DNA of 56,217 nucleotides, counting the filler, from Dimargaris cristalligena (taxonomy: Eukaryota), in NCBI GenBank assembly GCA_003614675.1. It is 2 parts of 2 records of this genome, joined end to end, with 100 filler letters (N's around TTAATTAATTAA, not from the genome) between each part and the next. Parts side by side here need not be neighbours in the genome. Positions count along the whole stretch, not along the records: positions 28,183 to 56,217 come from ML002505.1; 1 more part is not named here. One strand, written 5' to 3'. Both the position numbers and the translations under genes were made by a program. The notes below the pieces were generated by a model. The model was given only the letters and a program-made list of their open reading frames with translations. It was not told where the DNA came from and did not search any database. Shown here piece after piece: positions 36,823-47,702 of this stretch. Every line of letters starts with the position of its first letter. The first letter of the stretch is position 1.

Positions 36823-38315
36823 GTTGCTGTGAAAGGTCAAGTGGAGAACTAACCACTCAGTAGGGCTAGTTGTGATGCGTTAGTATGAGAATGAACAAAT
36901 GCTGGAATCGTGACAGGCTTAGTCAATATGAAATAAAGGTAGTGCCGCGTGGCAGAGTAAAGGAAATATAAAGGTAACGAGCTGAAATGAAGAATAAGGG
37001 AAAGTGAGTAGTGGACTGGCGATAAACCAAGGTGTAAAAGAATGAAAAAAAGAATGGTATGGCACACCCCTCTCTCCCTATTGTGCTTCATAATTTTTTC
37101 GCGCTCCAAATGGGAATCATCTATCTACATTGACTTACAACCAGCCACATTTGATATAAAGCGCTTGGCGGATACAGTAGTAGTCCTTGGCTTAGTATTT
37201 TTCGGTTCTTTGCTCCGGTCGATAATCCAAAAGCCGCCTCTATTGTAGCTAGGATAAACCAGCTTAAACGGGCCAGTTCGCTAGACGGGCTGTATTCCAT
37301 GGGCCTAACATGACCTTCCTTCCCCGCATTTAATACTCTAAAAGATAGTATTCCACCCCCAACTAGTTAGCTACTTTATCAGACCTCCCGTCCTGGCGGA
37401 TAGGCCATTTTTTCACCCAAGTCTATTAATGATTGTTAACCCGTGAAAAAATCGAATGAAGAACACACCACAATAATTAGAGTATGAGTGCATACATAAA
37501 TTAAAGTAGTCAATAGGGCACATATAAATAAATGTATCGCAATGATAAGGCAGTCGGCGTAGAGTCATATATGGGATATAATAAAAAAGAATAAATCAAC
37601 ATTGGTAAAAAAAGTAATAATAAAAGGAAGGGAAAGCCCATCTTTCATCCACCTCCCCGCATAATAGACAGTGTATGTGACAGTGCCATGGGCCAGTGGG
37701 TGGAATATAACATGGACCGCTTCGAATGTCAGGGGAAGAATAGGTAGAAAGGGAGCATAGTGTCCAAGCCATCAGCACGAAGTAACCGACTGGTGGAATG
37801 CATAGGAATATGATGGACAAGGGAAACAGCGACATTGTCATTCCATGACCAATGTGCGTATATGACCCCAAACAAAACAAACGTAGTGTGCATAATAAAA
37901 AATATAAAAAAAGGGATGCTAGTCAAGCCATCTCTATTTAGTGCAATATCTGGAATATGCACCAACAATGCGAGAATAAGGCAAAGAAGTAACCAAGTAT
38001 AGACCTCGTCCACCCATACTAACCCGTGTGTCACTACCTACTGGCGCTGGGCCATCTGGTCCACCGATGGAGAATACATAAACTCCTTGATCTGAGCAAT
38101 AGCGATCTTGGGTTCAATTTTGTCGATGCTAGGAATAGCCAAAACGATAGGAAAAGTAGTAAACGATACACTCCATAAAAGGTTAGTGGTCATACGTGAT
38201 AAAAGATATACTTGCAACCACTTGAATATTATACATATACATATAGTATCAGGGACCAACCCAGGCCATCCGTCCATAGCAAACCGGTACATTTGGATCA
38301 TAACCCCTTTCAAAC

Positions 38316-39210
38316 TTACTTCTTGAGTCGCACATCCCATTTGCCGTCGTGGCAGGTGAAGAAATGGGACACCCATTCGACCCCTTCGTGTTCGCGCTCC
38401 TTGCGCTGCTCCCGCTGCATTTCCTCAATCTTGGATTTTTCAGTGGTGGCTGTATCCAAATCCTTGGCCCGCATAGCCTCCGTTACCTTGGACCAGAGAC
38501 GCCGGGATTCCATGGCAGCCTGCTCGGACTCCGGGGCTACAATCTTGGGGATCATAGAGGCGTTATCGGCATCGAAGAGAAGGGTGGTCTTGCCCGTGGC
38601 CTTGCTCTTGATATACATGGTGGAGGTCCAGTGGCCCGAGATTTCGTACAATACCTCACCGTTGGATATCCGCTTGATCTTGCCCGCAATGGCGTTGTAG
38701 CTGCCACTGAAGAAACCCTTAGTCTTGAACTCGACTTCGCACACGAGGTTGGACTGTGGACACTGAACCGTAGCCATTTCGCCCAATTCAAGCATCATAG
38801 TACCAAAGAGGATCCCCCGGGCGTACATGTTAGGGTAGGTGATGTGGTAGACCTCATTCACTCCCACCGCAGTCAGGTCGCTACCGCCTTCCAAAATCAT
38901 AGCCACGCTGTTTCCCAGGAACCGGGACTTGGGGCATAGATCCCCGGAGATGTAGATACCGTGCTCGGGACAAGCGTAGAAATAGGCAGAGATTGGGGGG
39001 TGGTGGGACACCTGTTCGGCAATGTAAAAGGCCTCAGTCTGGTCGGGGAACTTCCACTGGCAGCGGAAGATTTCGCCGAGGACAGGGTTGTAGGGTTTCT
39101 TGACCCCCTTGGGCCGAATGTGCCAACCCGATAGGTAATATTTGACCATCTCGATGAAGCGCTGCTCGGGGTCCTTAATGCCGATGGCACTGGGTGGATG
39201 ATTCAGCAAC

Positions 39211-39241
<31 letters not shown>

Positions 39242-39691
39242 GGGAGTATCATGCGACCATGGGACGAGGGAAATAAAAGAAATCAAAGGAATATAGTCTA
39301 TTAATAGGGAGGTCACTAAACTAGGCAACACCGGGACTTGCCAATGCCAAAGAGACGATTGGTTTGCCCAGAGGGCTGCTTGCTGTGCGAATACATATTC
39401 AGCGAGGTTGTTTGTGGGGGCAAGACCGGGATGTGGCGATGGATGAGTAAGAAGAAGGCCTTGGCATAGCTGTTATGTAGCTACTTACCCAATCATAATG
39501 TCGGGATGAGTCATGAAGTCGGTGACTCGCTCCAAGAAACTCCGGGGTTCCAGGACGAAGGTCGGAAACGTAACCTTGGACAGGTCCATATCCCGGCGCA
39601 ACTGGCCAATCATGCCCAGAATAATGTTGCGAGGCTCGTCATCGAGAACTTCCTCGTTATCATGGTCGTGGTTGTGGGGATGCTTGCCCAT
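38316..39691 (-). CDS. Short oxysterol-binding-protein homologue, Osh6/Osh7 (ORP5/8)-like PS/PI4P exchanger; exons 39691-39489 and 39189-38316, about 358 aa
   Basis: DLSKVTFPTFVLEPRSFLE lid, KKPYNPVLGE and EQVSHHPP ORD signature, ARGILFG; a phase-2 GTAAGT..CCAG intron restores the frame. Confidence 0.9.
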
Positions 39692-42600
39692 GGTGGCTAG
39701 ATAGATACTAGGGGCGGGGTGAGGGAAGGGAGGGAGGGAGGGAGGGAAGGGAATCGGGGTAAAACTGGAAAAGGACGGTTGTGTGTTGAAGACCGATGAG
39801 GCAATAAATCAGGGCCAATACAACACTGGTTAAGGTGGGGAAGGGATGTTAAGGGGAGGTAGGTAAGGTCCTCTAGGGTGAGAGACAAGAGGGGGCGGTG
39901 TCAGGATAAACCACGCACAGGAGTACTAAACCCAAATAGTAGGAGATCTAGAAGGAGTTAAACAAATACAACAGGTAAAAGAAGGGGAAAGAGGGGGATA
40001 AAAAGTGGGGAAAGCCAAGCTGATTAGTCTAAGCCAAGGGAATGAATAACGGCGGAGCGGGTCGGCAATTAATTTAACGTGCCTTAACTTAGGGTCGAGT
40101 TTTAGTGGTAGAGCGGAAAAAACTATTGGTGGAGAACTAGGGCGCCAAGAGTTGTTATAACTTATTGCTGCTAGGAAAGGTAGAATATTATTAGAAGATG
40201 GGGGCGAGGGAGAAACAATAAGGCCACCCCGTTGAGACCAACTAGCTAATCCACACACACAAAACCAAGGTCAGCCCAAACCCGTTGGCAATGCCACCTC
40301 CATTACAAAATGTATACACTGAATGAATAGCCAACAACCAACCAGACACCCGCCCCCCTCACGTAAGCGTTGTACTTACCAACCTGCCCAGTGTGGGCTC
40401 GTTCATATTCTCAGGACTCTCTGGTCATGCGAAACACGCCTAATTTTGTTACTTACGAGCCGAGTGGTGTAACAACCCTCCTTCCTACCTTAATGACGAC
40501 GAGGACCAAGAACCAACCGAGTGGGCCAAGCGGCCTTCTTCGGGCATTCACCAGGCACACACGTACTCCCAAAGTGAGGGTACACACGGGACTCTGTAAT
40601 GGCTTTGCGGTTGAGGTTGAAACTGTGGCAGGCCGAAGGGCAGAGGTGCCTCGGGATGAGGGCGAATATAAATGTCGGTGGAGTTGCGAGAGATTAAGCC
40701 GAAACGGACTATAGACGACTATAAAACGGGACTTTAATAATTGTCAGATACGGTGGAAAGAAAGTAAGCGTCGAAGCCGCAGTTGCTGGGCCTGGTTTTC
40801 ACAGCAATCAGCATACGCGTCTATATGCGTGGGTCCCGGCAACCATGGCCGCATACACCCTGGGTAATTTATCGTTTATGCCACCGAGTCGGCGGGATTG
40901 CAAGGGAATCCACGCATACATCCCGGATTGATGGAATCCGGTGAGCGAGCGCCTTGTGTGAAAGTAGCAGCCTTGTTCGGCATCAATCCCATCCTCCCTC
41001 CTTTCCTTCGGCCCCTATATCCACTAATTTGGTTATTTATTCTCGATAAACCGAACCCAGTTTGGGGAGTCGTCATGCCCACAGTTTATAATCAGCTGCT
41101 GTACAATATCAATGATTCCGAACAGACCCGTGGATTTGAATGACGAGGTCCTGTCGGGCTTTTTCCTCATTTATCAAGAGTGGCCGAATGGCGGTCTCTA
41201 GTGTGACGGCGGCGGCAGTGGGCCCGGGTACTGTGGGTCTGCTACTCGCCCAGGCAATGCGCCCTACTTATCGACTATGAACGTGAGCTGACTTGAGGTC
41301 TCCCCCATTCGGCTTAGACCGCCCCTGCCGGTTTCGCCAAAGCTGCATGACTTCAATCCCTCGCATACCCAGTATACTTCTCTCTAGCCATGTACTGTTG
41401 CCCTTGGACTCCTAACTACCCAGTCCGGCGGCAAGGGTATATAGTGCTCTTGCGGGTGGACGTGGGCCACTCACCCGCTGCCTCTATTATCTGACGGCCC
41501 TACTAAACTAGACGCCCTTATCAGTCAGTGATCTCTCATCCCTTCCCTCCTCGTTTCCATCCTTATAGTTGGGAATTGAAACCCCAGAAACCTTTAGACA
41601 GTAGTGGCATGTTCTTTGGGAACCTACGGGATTCACACGACTGAATAGTATGGGTACGAGATAGGGGGGGGTTTCGAAACTATCTCTATCCATGGTTTCG
41701 GGGCAAGCGGAAACACGGTTTACTGGCACTGCAGAGCACGACGAACCCAAATAGTACGGGCCTAATCTATTCAAGGTAAATTAGATGGAGCACCACCGCC
41801 CAGGAACCATTTGAGGGTCCTTAAGCATGAGCCTTTCCTATATTAGGTTAATACGAATTGGAGCGGAGGTGTATAGCAAGCAACAATAAATACCGGGAGT
41901 GCCTATTTGTTATTAAAGTGGCTGCTGGGTTTCGCTCCAATGGTTTCTTCAATGTCAGATAAAGGTGAGTGGAAGGGAAGAAGTATACTATTCAGATTAT
42001 ATTATCCACCACCATTCCCCAATGAATTGGGTCGAACGAAAGCACCTGGTCAATCCGTTGGGGTTGGATAAATTGGACTACTGCATGATCGTACCTCCGT
42101 TACAGATTGTTTGGTTAGATACCCGTTCAATTGGGCGTGGCGATCTCCTAACTATACTAACCGGAGGGTGAGATGGGCCCAATGTTATTTCAGGCTCCTG
42201 TCAGCCAGCGTGCTGGATATGCTGTCGGTTGACATGGAGTGCTTGGGATTTTTTTGGGTTGGGCTGGAAAGGGACGATCCCTCCCGACATAATTACAGGC
42301 TGTCTATTCCTTATATATATTCAAATAGAAGGAATACCAGGTTGCTCAAGTTGAAAAACAGGACAACCCAGACTGTAGCAGGCGTTTGGCCCCTTTTCCC
42401 AGTTCAGCCATCCTCCCTCTGCAGAAGCAATGAAAGGCAGGCGACTCCCTACATTCAAAACCCGGGTTGTTTATGTCTGTTTACCCTTATTGTCCCCCAA
42501 CCTCTATATTACGGCGGTGATTGGGGGCATGTACGGGGTGCGTGGTAAAGTCACCGGCCCATGGGCATCTCCAGGGACACCCTGGACACTGGCATTGCTG

Positions 42601-43630
42601 GGGCTGAACAGGCACAATGAGGCACGAGTACGCACAGCCCTTTTCCCTACCTTGGCGCATCAAGCCATCGTCAATTGAAGGATTCGTTAGGGGCGCTGGC
42701 CTTTAAGATGGGTACGGTTTAAGGCTCATTTAGTGTAAAATGCCGGTCCCTGGAAGAATTTCCAGTGGTTTGCTACGTCCGTTGGATAGCCGTGAATGCC
42801 TTGTTTAGGAAGCCCAAGCTAATCCGATTTTCTTAACCGGTACAGACCTTATTCCCCTTCTTACATTTCCTCCAACAAACGGCCCCTATTCCATTTAATC
42901 TACCCTCAGTAATTGCCAGGATTTAGGAGGCCCTAGTGAATCAGCCAGCTAATTATATATATAGGCGGCTCAGGCCATACCGCTGCAGGTCGCCCTGTGG
43001 AGTGAAGAAGTGGCGACTTAGTCATCCTCATGCACCCCGATGGCCCACACCCCTCCCCAGACGTCAATTCACCTCCTGAACATACTTGGCCAAGCCCATC
43101 TAATATAATAATAGTAATTAGAAGTTGAATCTAAATACGAGATTCACCCGACCTATACCGACAAATTCCACTTCCCATTTAGTATAGAGGGGACACTACG
43201 GTAGGGCTTTAATATACAGGCCTGGGGAATTGTGGTTACAAGCCCGGTGGCTGTTACCATGCCACCGGCCGTGTCATTAACCGACTTCCCTCGCCCCGTC
43301 TGCCATGGATGCGGCCAACGGCCGTAATTCGTTCAACTCCACAGGCCATCTGGGATGTAGCGTCGTTGCCCACTCTGCGATTACACAGCTTCCCCCCCAG
43401 CGCTACCCGTCCCGCCCAGGCCAGTAGATAGTATATATTCCACTCGACGGCCGTACCGTGCTGTGTTGTCTCCTTTTACGAATTCGCATGCCACTCGACA
43501 TCCCGGGTGCAGCGGGGTAATGAATTTAACTTTGGGATATAGCGTCTTCTACCACTCGGTCTGTCACACTCACAGGGGATATAGTCCGTCTTATTCCCCC
43601 CTACTATACTATGTCATACACCCGCACATA

Positions 43631-43660
43631 CTCATGCTCATGCTCATGCTCATGCTCATG
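43631..43660. repeat. (CTCATG)5 hexanucleotide microsatellite
   Basis: Direct reading of the sequence; an (AAT)n run also lies at about 44006-44027. Confidence 0.85.
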
Positions 43661-44546
43661 CCTATATACTCCTAAACTCACTCACACCGGGGTACAAAGG
43701 GCGATAATGGAATGGGCTGACCGTTGTAGAACAGCGCCCGCACCAAAAAATACCAGTACTGATTTACCACCCTCCCTCCTCTCCCTTCATGGTTTATTTT
43801 TATTATTCTTCTTCCTCTAATCCGGAAGGTTACAGACAAGGGAAAGGGGCTGTGTTGCTGCTATACTATATTCCCTTCACGTTTTAAATGGGGAGGGGGG
43901 TGTTTGGAGTGACGGGTGGGATCCACTTGCATTGGGGGGACCGCCTGCCCCATAATAATTCAGCCCTCTCTATCACATCCCCCATCAGTCAGTCTCCATA
44001 ATTATAATAATAATAATAATAATAATAGTATTATAGTACCTGCTGATTGTTCGTCCATAGCCAGACACTGTGCGCCAGGTGGCATGCAAAGGGAGATATG
44101 CGAGGGCTATACTATACACGGGAGGGCGATGGGGAAGAAGAAACGAGAAGAGCAGAGAAGGGAGATGAGGCTGAGTCCTCCGCCCATGGCTATAAATCCC
44201 CCCGATATCCCCTCCCCCCAGTTCTTCGCTTATGCCTTTGTTCCGCTTGGCCTGTCACTCCTTCGTTTCCTCCGTCTCTCTATTGCTCTCTCTCTGTGTG
44301 TGTTTCTTACATTAGTCTTCCCTTGTTAGGCTCTGGTTACCTTCTCGACTAGATACTCTCTGTACGTTTTAATTGTGTAGCCCCCTCCCTCCTCTTACCG
44401 AGTCTCCTTCCTCCTTCATCTCGGTATCCCACCCCCCTCCTCTCTTCTCTTATATCCATCTCCGAGGTCAAATCTATTGGAACTCTCTTCCTTCCTACGT
44501 AAGTTGCTCTTTTCCTCGTCGTTACCTTTCCATCAATCTCGTCACC

Positions 44547-45899
44547 ATGAGAGAAATTGTCAACCTTCAAATCGGCCAGTGCGGCAACCAAATCGGTACC
44601 AAGTTCTGGGAGTCCATCATGACCGAGCACGGCCTGAACAACGACGGTATCTACCACGGCACCAACGACCTGCAGCGCTCCCGGCTCGATGTGTACTTCA
44701 GCGAAGTGGCCGGCAACAAGTTCGTGCCCCGTTCCGTTCTCGTTGATTTAGAATGTGGTACCATGGACGCCGTCAAATCCAGTTCATTGGGTAATCTGTT
44801 CCGCCCCGATAATTTCATCTACGGCCAAAACGGTGCCGGTAACAACTGGGCCAAGGGGCACTATACCGAAGGCGCCGAGCTGGTGGACCAAGTCCTGGAT
44901 GTCGTCCGCAAGGAAGTGGAAAATTGCGACAGTCTGCAGGGCTTCCAACTCACCCACTCCCTAGGGGGTGGTACCGGTTCCGGTATGGGCACCTTGTTGA
45001 TTTCCAAGATTCGGGAGGACTACCCTGACCGCATGATGGCCACTTTTTCCGTCATGCCCTCGCCCAAGGTGTCCGATACCGTGGTGGAACCCTACAACGC
45101 CACCCTGTCTATACACCAGCTGGTCGAAAACGCCGACAAGACCTTCTGCATCGACAACCAGGCCCTGTACGACATTTGCATGAATACCCTCAAAATCGGG
45201 TCCCCCGCGTACCCCCAGCTCAACCAACTTGTGACGTCCGTCATGAGTGGCATTACCACCTGTCTGCGTTTCCCCGGTCAGCTCAACGCCGATTTGCGCA
45301 AGATGGCCGTCAATCTGGTCCCCTTCCCCCGCCTCCACTTCTTCATCATCGGTTACGCCCCGCTGTCCGCCAGCACCGCCAAATCCTTCCGCAACATCAC
45401 CGTGGCCGAACTCAATAGCCAGATGTTCGACCCCCGCAACATGATGGCCGCCTGCGACCCCCGGCACGGCCGTTACCTGTCCGTCGTGACCGTGTACCGG
45501 GGTAAGATTTCCCAGCGGGAAGTCGAGGACCAAATGAACCAAATCCAACGCAAGAACAGTTCCCAGTTCGTCGAATGGATCCCCAGTAACGTCAAGACCG
45601 CCATGTGCGACATTCCACCCCCCGATACCCAAATGTCCTCCACCTTCATTGGCAACAGTACCGCCATCCAGGAACTGTTCCGCCGTAACATTGAACAGTT
45701 CACCCTCATGTTCCGGCGCAAGGCCTTCTTGCATTGGTATACCGATGAAGGTATGGATATCATGGAATTTACCGAAGCCGAATCCAATATGGCTGATCTC
45801 ATTTCCGAGTACCTACAGTACCAGGACGCCACGGTAGACGACGATGATTACGAAGATAATGGTGGGGCCTACGCCGAAGAACCCGAGCATGACGAATAA
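44547..45899 (+). CDS. Beta-tubulin, divergent, intronless (450 aa)
   Basis: MREIV start, [43 protein letters not shown] and [10 protein letters not shown] motifs, acidic tail. True ATG at 44547 (context GTCACCATG). Confidence 0.97.
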   Translation: MREIVNLQIGQCGNQIGTKFWESIMTEHGLNNDGIYHGTNDLQRSRLDVYFSEVAGNKFVPRSVLVDLECGTMDAVKSSSLGNLFRPDNFIYGQNGAGNNWAKGHYTEGAELVDQVLDVVRKEVENCDSLQGFQLTHSLGGGTGSGMGTLLISKIREDYPDRMMATFSVMPSPKVSDTVVEPYNATLSIHQLVENADKTFCIDNQALYDICMNTLKIGSPAYPQLNQLVTSVMSGITTCLRFPGQLNADLRKMAVNLVPFPRLHFFIIGYAPLSASTAKSFRNITVAELNSQMFDPRNMMAACDPRHGRYLSVVTVYRGKISQREVEDQMNQIQRKNSSQFVEWIPSNVKTAMCDIPPPDTQMSSTFIGNSTAIQELFRRNIEQFTLMFRRKAFLHWYTDEGMDIMEFTEAESNMADLISEYLQYQDATVDDDDYEDNGGAYAEEPEHDE

Positions 45900-47702
45900 C
45901 CCCGAGCTAGAGTATCTCCTTCTCTCTCTGTTTTTGCACTAGCTTTCTCTCTTTACCCCTACCTCCTCTTTTTATCCAATTCGCCCTTTCTCACTTCGAT
46001 TAGGCGTTTATGTATTCTAATTTCTCGCCGATATTTTAATTACGCTTCCCCCTTTTCTCTCACCCCCCCCTTCTCTTCATTTTGTTTGGCCTACTGTCTC
46101 GCCCGCCTGTGAGACCAATAACCCCTCTTTCCCCCATCACTTCCTAATGTAACCCCCCCCGGGGCCCCTCGCCTCTTAACTCCATCCCCACCAAACCTGC
46201 CCCTTGACAGGCGGTGCATAGGAGAGGAGGGGGAGGAGGAAATTCCGCGGTATCTTCTTTTCCTCCCTCCTACATTTGGAAGTCTGATGAGGGGGCTTAG
46301 TCGTCAATAAATAGAATAGTCACTGGGCTCTCTCCCCTCCCCACACCTAATACTCAATTTATGGTTATTGTGCTAACTCCCACCACCATCGATGGGAGTA
46401 ATATATACCCTTGGGGGGAAATGTGAATTGGGATTGTTGGCGTGACCACGGGATACTGAAAAGCACTTCCTTCCATTCTGAAGAATTAATAAATGTAGGG
46501 TGCTTTCGTTTAAATGGGAACAATAGCCTTAATTATATATACCCTGCTTAGAATGGTCAGCTGATAGGGGTTACAAGGGACAATAGTACACAGTTCATTG
46601 GAAAAACAAGGAAGGGCGTAACTATAAATACGCCGAAATTTACCGTAGGCTATACCAATGGGAAGGGGAAGAAACAGGCCTAAGCTTGATATGCCCATTA
46701 TGGGGGCGGGGTGGGCTTAGTCTTGAATAACTTGATCCGTTTTAAAGCGAATTATATCTATTAATATATTTCTCCATCTACAAACAAAACAGCCGCACGC
46801 CACTCCCATTTCTAAATTGTGCAGGCTATCCTGGCTAAAACACTATAAACTCCACCCCCAACCAAACGACCCCCCCCCCAAAAAAAAACACTGCACGCTA
46901 AATATAACCCCGTATTTAGACCATTTTTATATTTTATAAACCTATTTCAAGCATCTATGTAGCATCCCTGTTACTTATCGCTGCGCGTACTATCGGGGTG
47001 GTACCATGGCAAAGTGTCAGATGGTGTTGATAGCCATGCACTCCATCTGTTTATCAACCCTATATTTGCAACCGCCAATTCATATGCACCAGAGGTTTGT
47101 GACCCGCAAAAGCCATAACAGACCTCCAGAGCCGCCAATAAAGTTACAATAATAGTTTAATACGGTATAATAAAGTGTCAAGTCTAATGATACATAGCTA
47201 AATGCCAATGCGCGGAAGGATGAGTGGGGAGGGGGTGAAGGATATTGCACATGAGAGTAAATAGTAGATTGTGGAAATCGAGGATTAATAACACAAATAG
47301 AAATAAATCATATTCCATCCACCGTCTATCTCCATAATCGCTGTTTAACATTAAACTGTGATGCAAGTGGTGGAGAGATGGGAATGAAGCGATGGTGATT
47401 GTCGGATGATATGGACCAAAAACCTCGTCAAGTTGAATATAATAGATTCACACCCCCTAATTACACCCCCCCCCCCTGTTACCCCATATTTATCGAGGTA
47501 TAACTGGGGGGAAAAGGGGTTAAAGCGAGAAGAATGACCTAAAGAAATAGCAGCAAATCGTAGCAGATCATTTTACACACTGCGGCCAATTAACATAATT
47601 GAAGATTAACAGGTGATTTTGGCCAACACAACAACCGAATGCCATTGGGATTGCTCATTTTCGGCCACGGCTCAAAAGTTCGCAGTCAACAAAGGGTCTA
47701 AC

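Noticed and set aside
36854-36866. Possible 12-nt coding micro-exon upstream of SNW1
   Set aside because: The 17-nt exon at 36822-36806 already supplies ATG and a canonical N-terminus; the implied following intron would be only about 27 nt.
40370-40714. GC-richer block upstream of the Osh gene considered as an ORF or as SRP/RNase P/MRP RNA
   Set aside because: No diagnostic conserved boxes found; better explained as 5'-UTR/promoter sequence.
44373-44546. 58-aa N-terminal extension of the beta-tubulin ORF and a GTAAGT at about 44499
   Set aside because: The extension starts at a non-ATG codon in a CT-rich leader and beta-tubulins start MREI; there is no AG acceptor between the GTAAGT and the ATG, so no 5'-UTR intron there.
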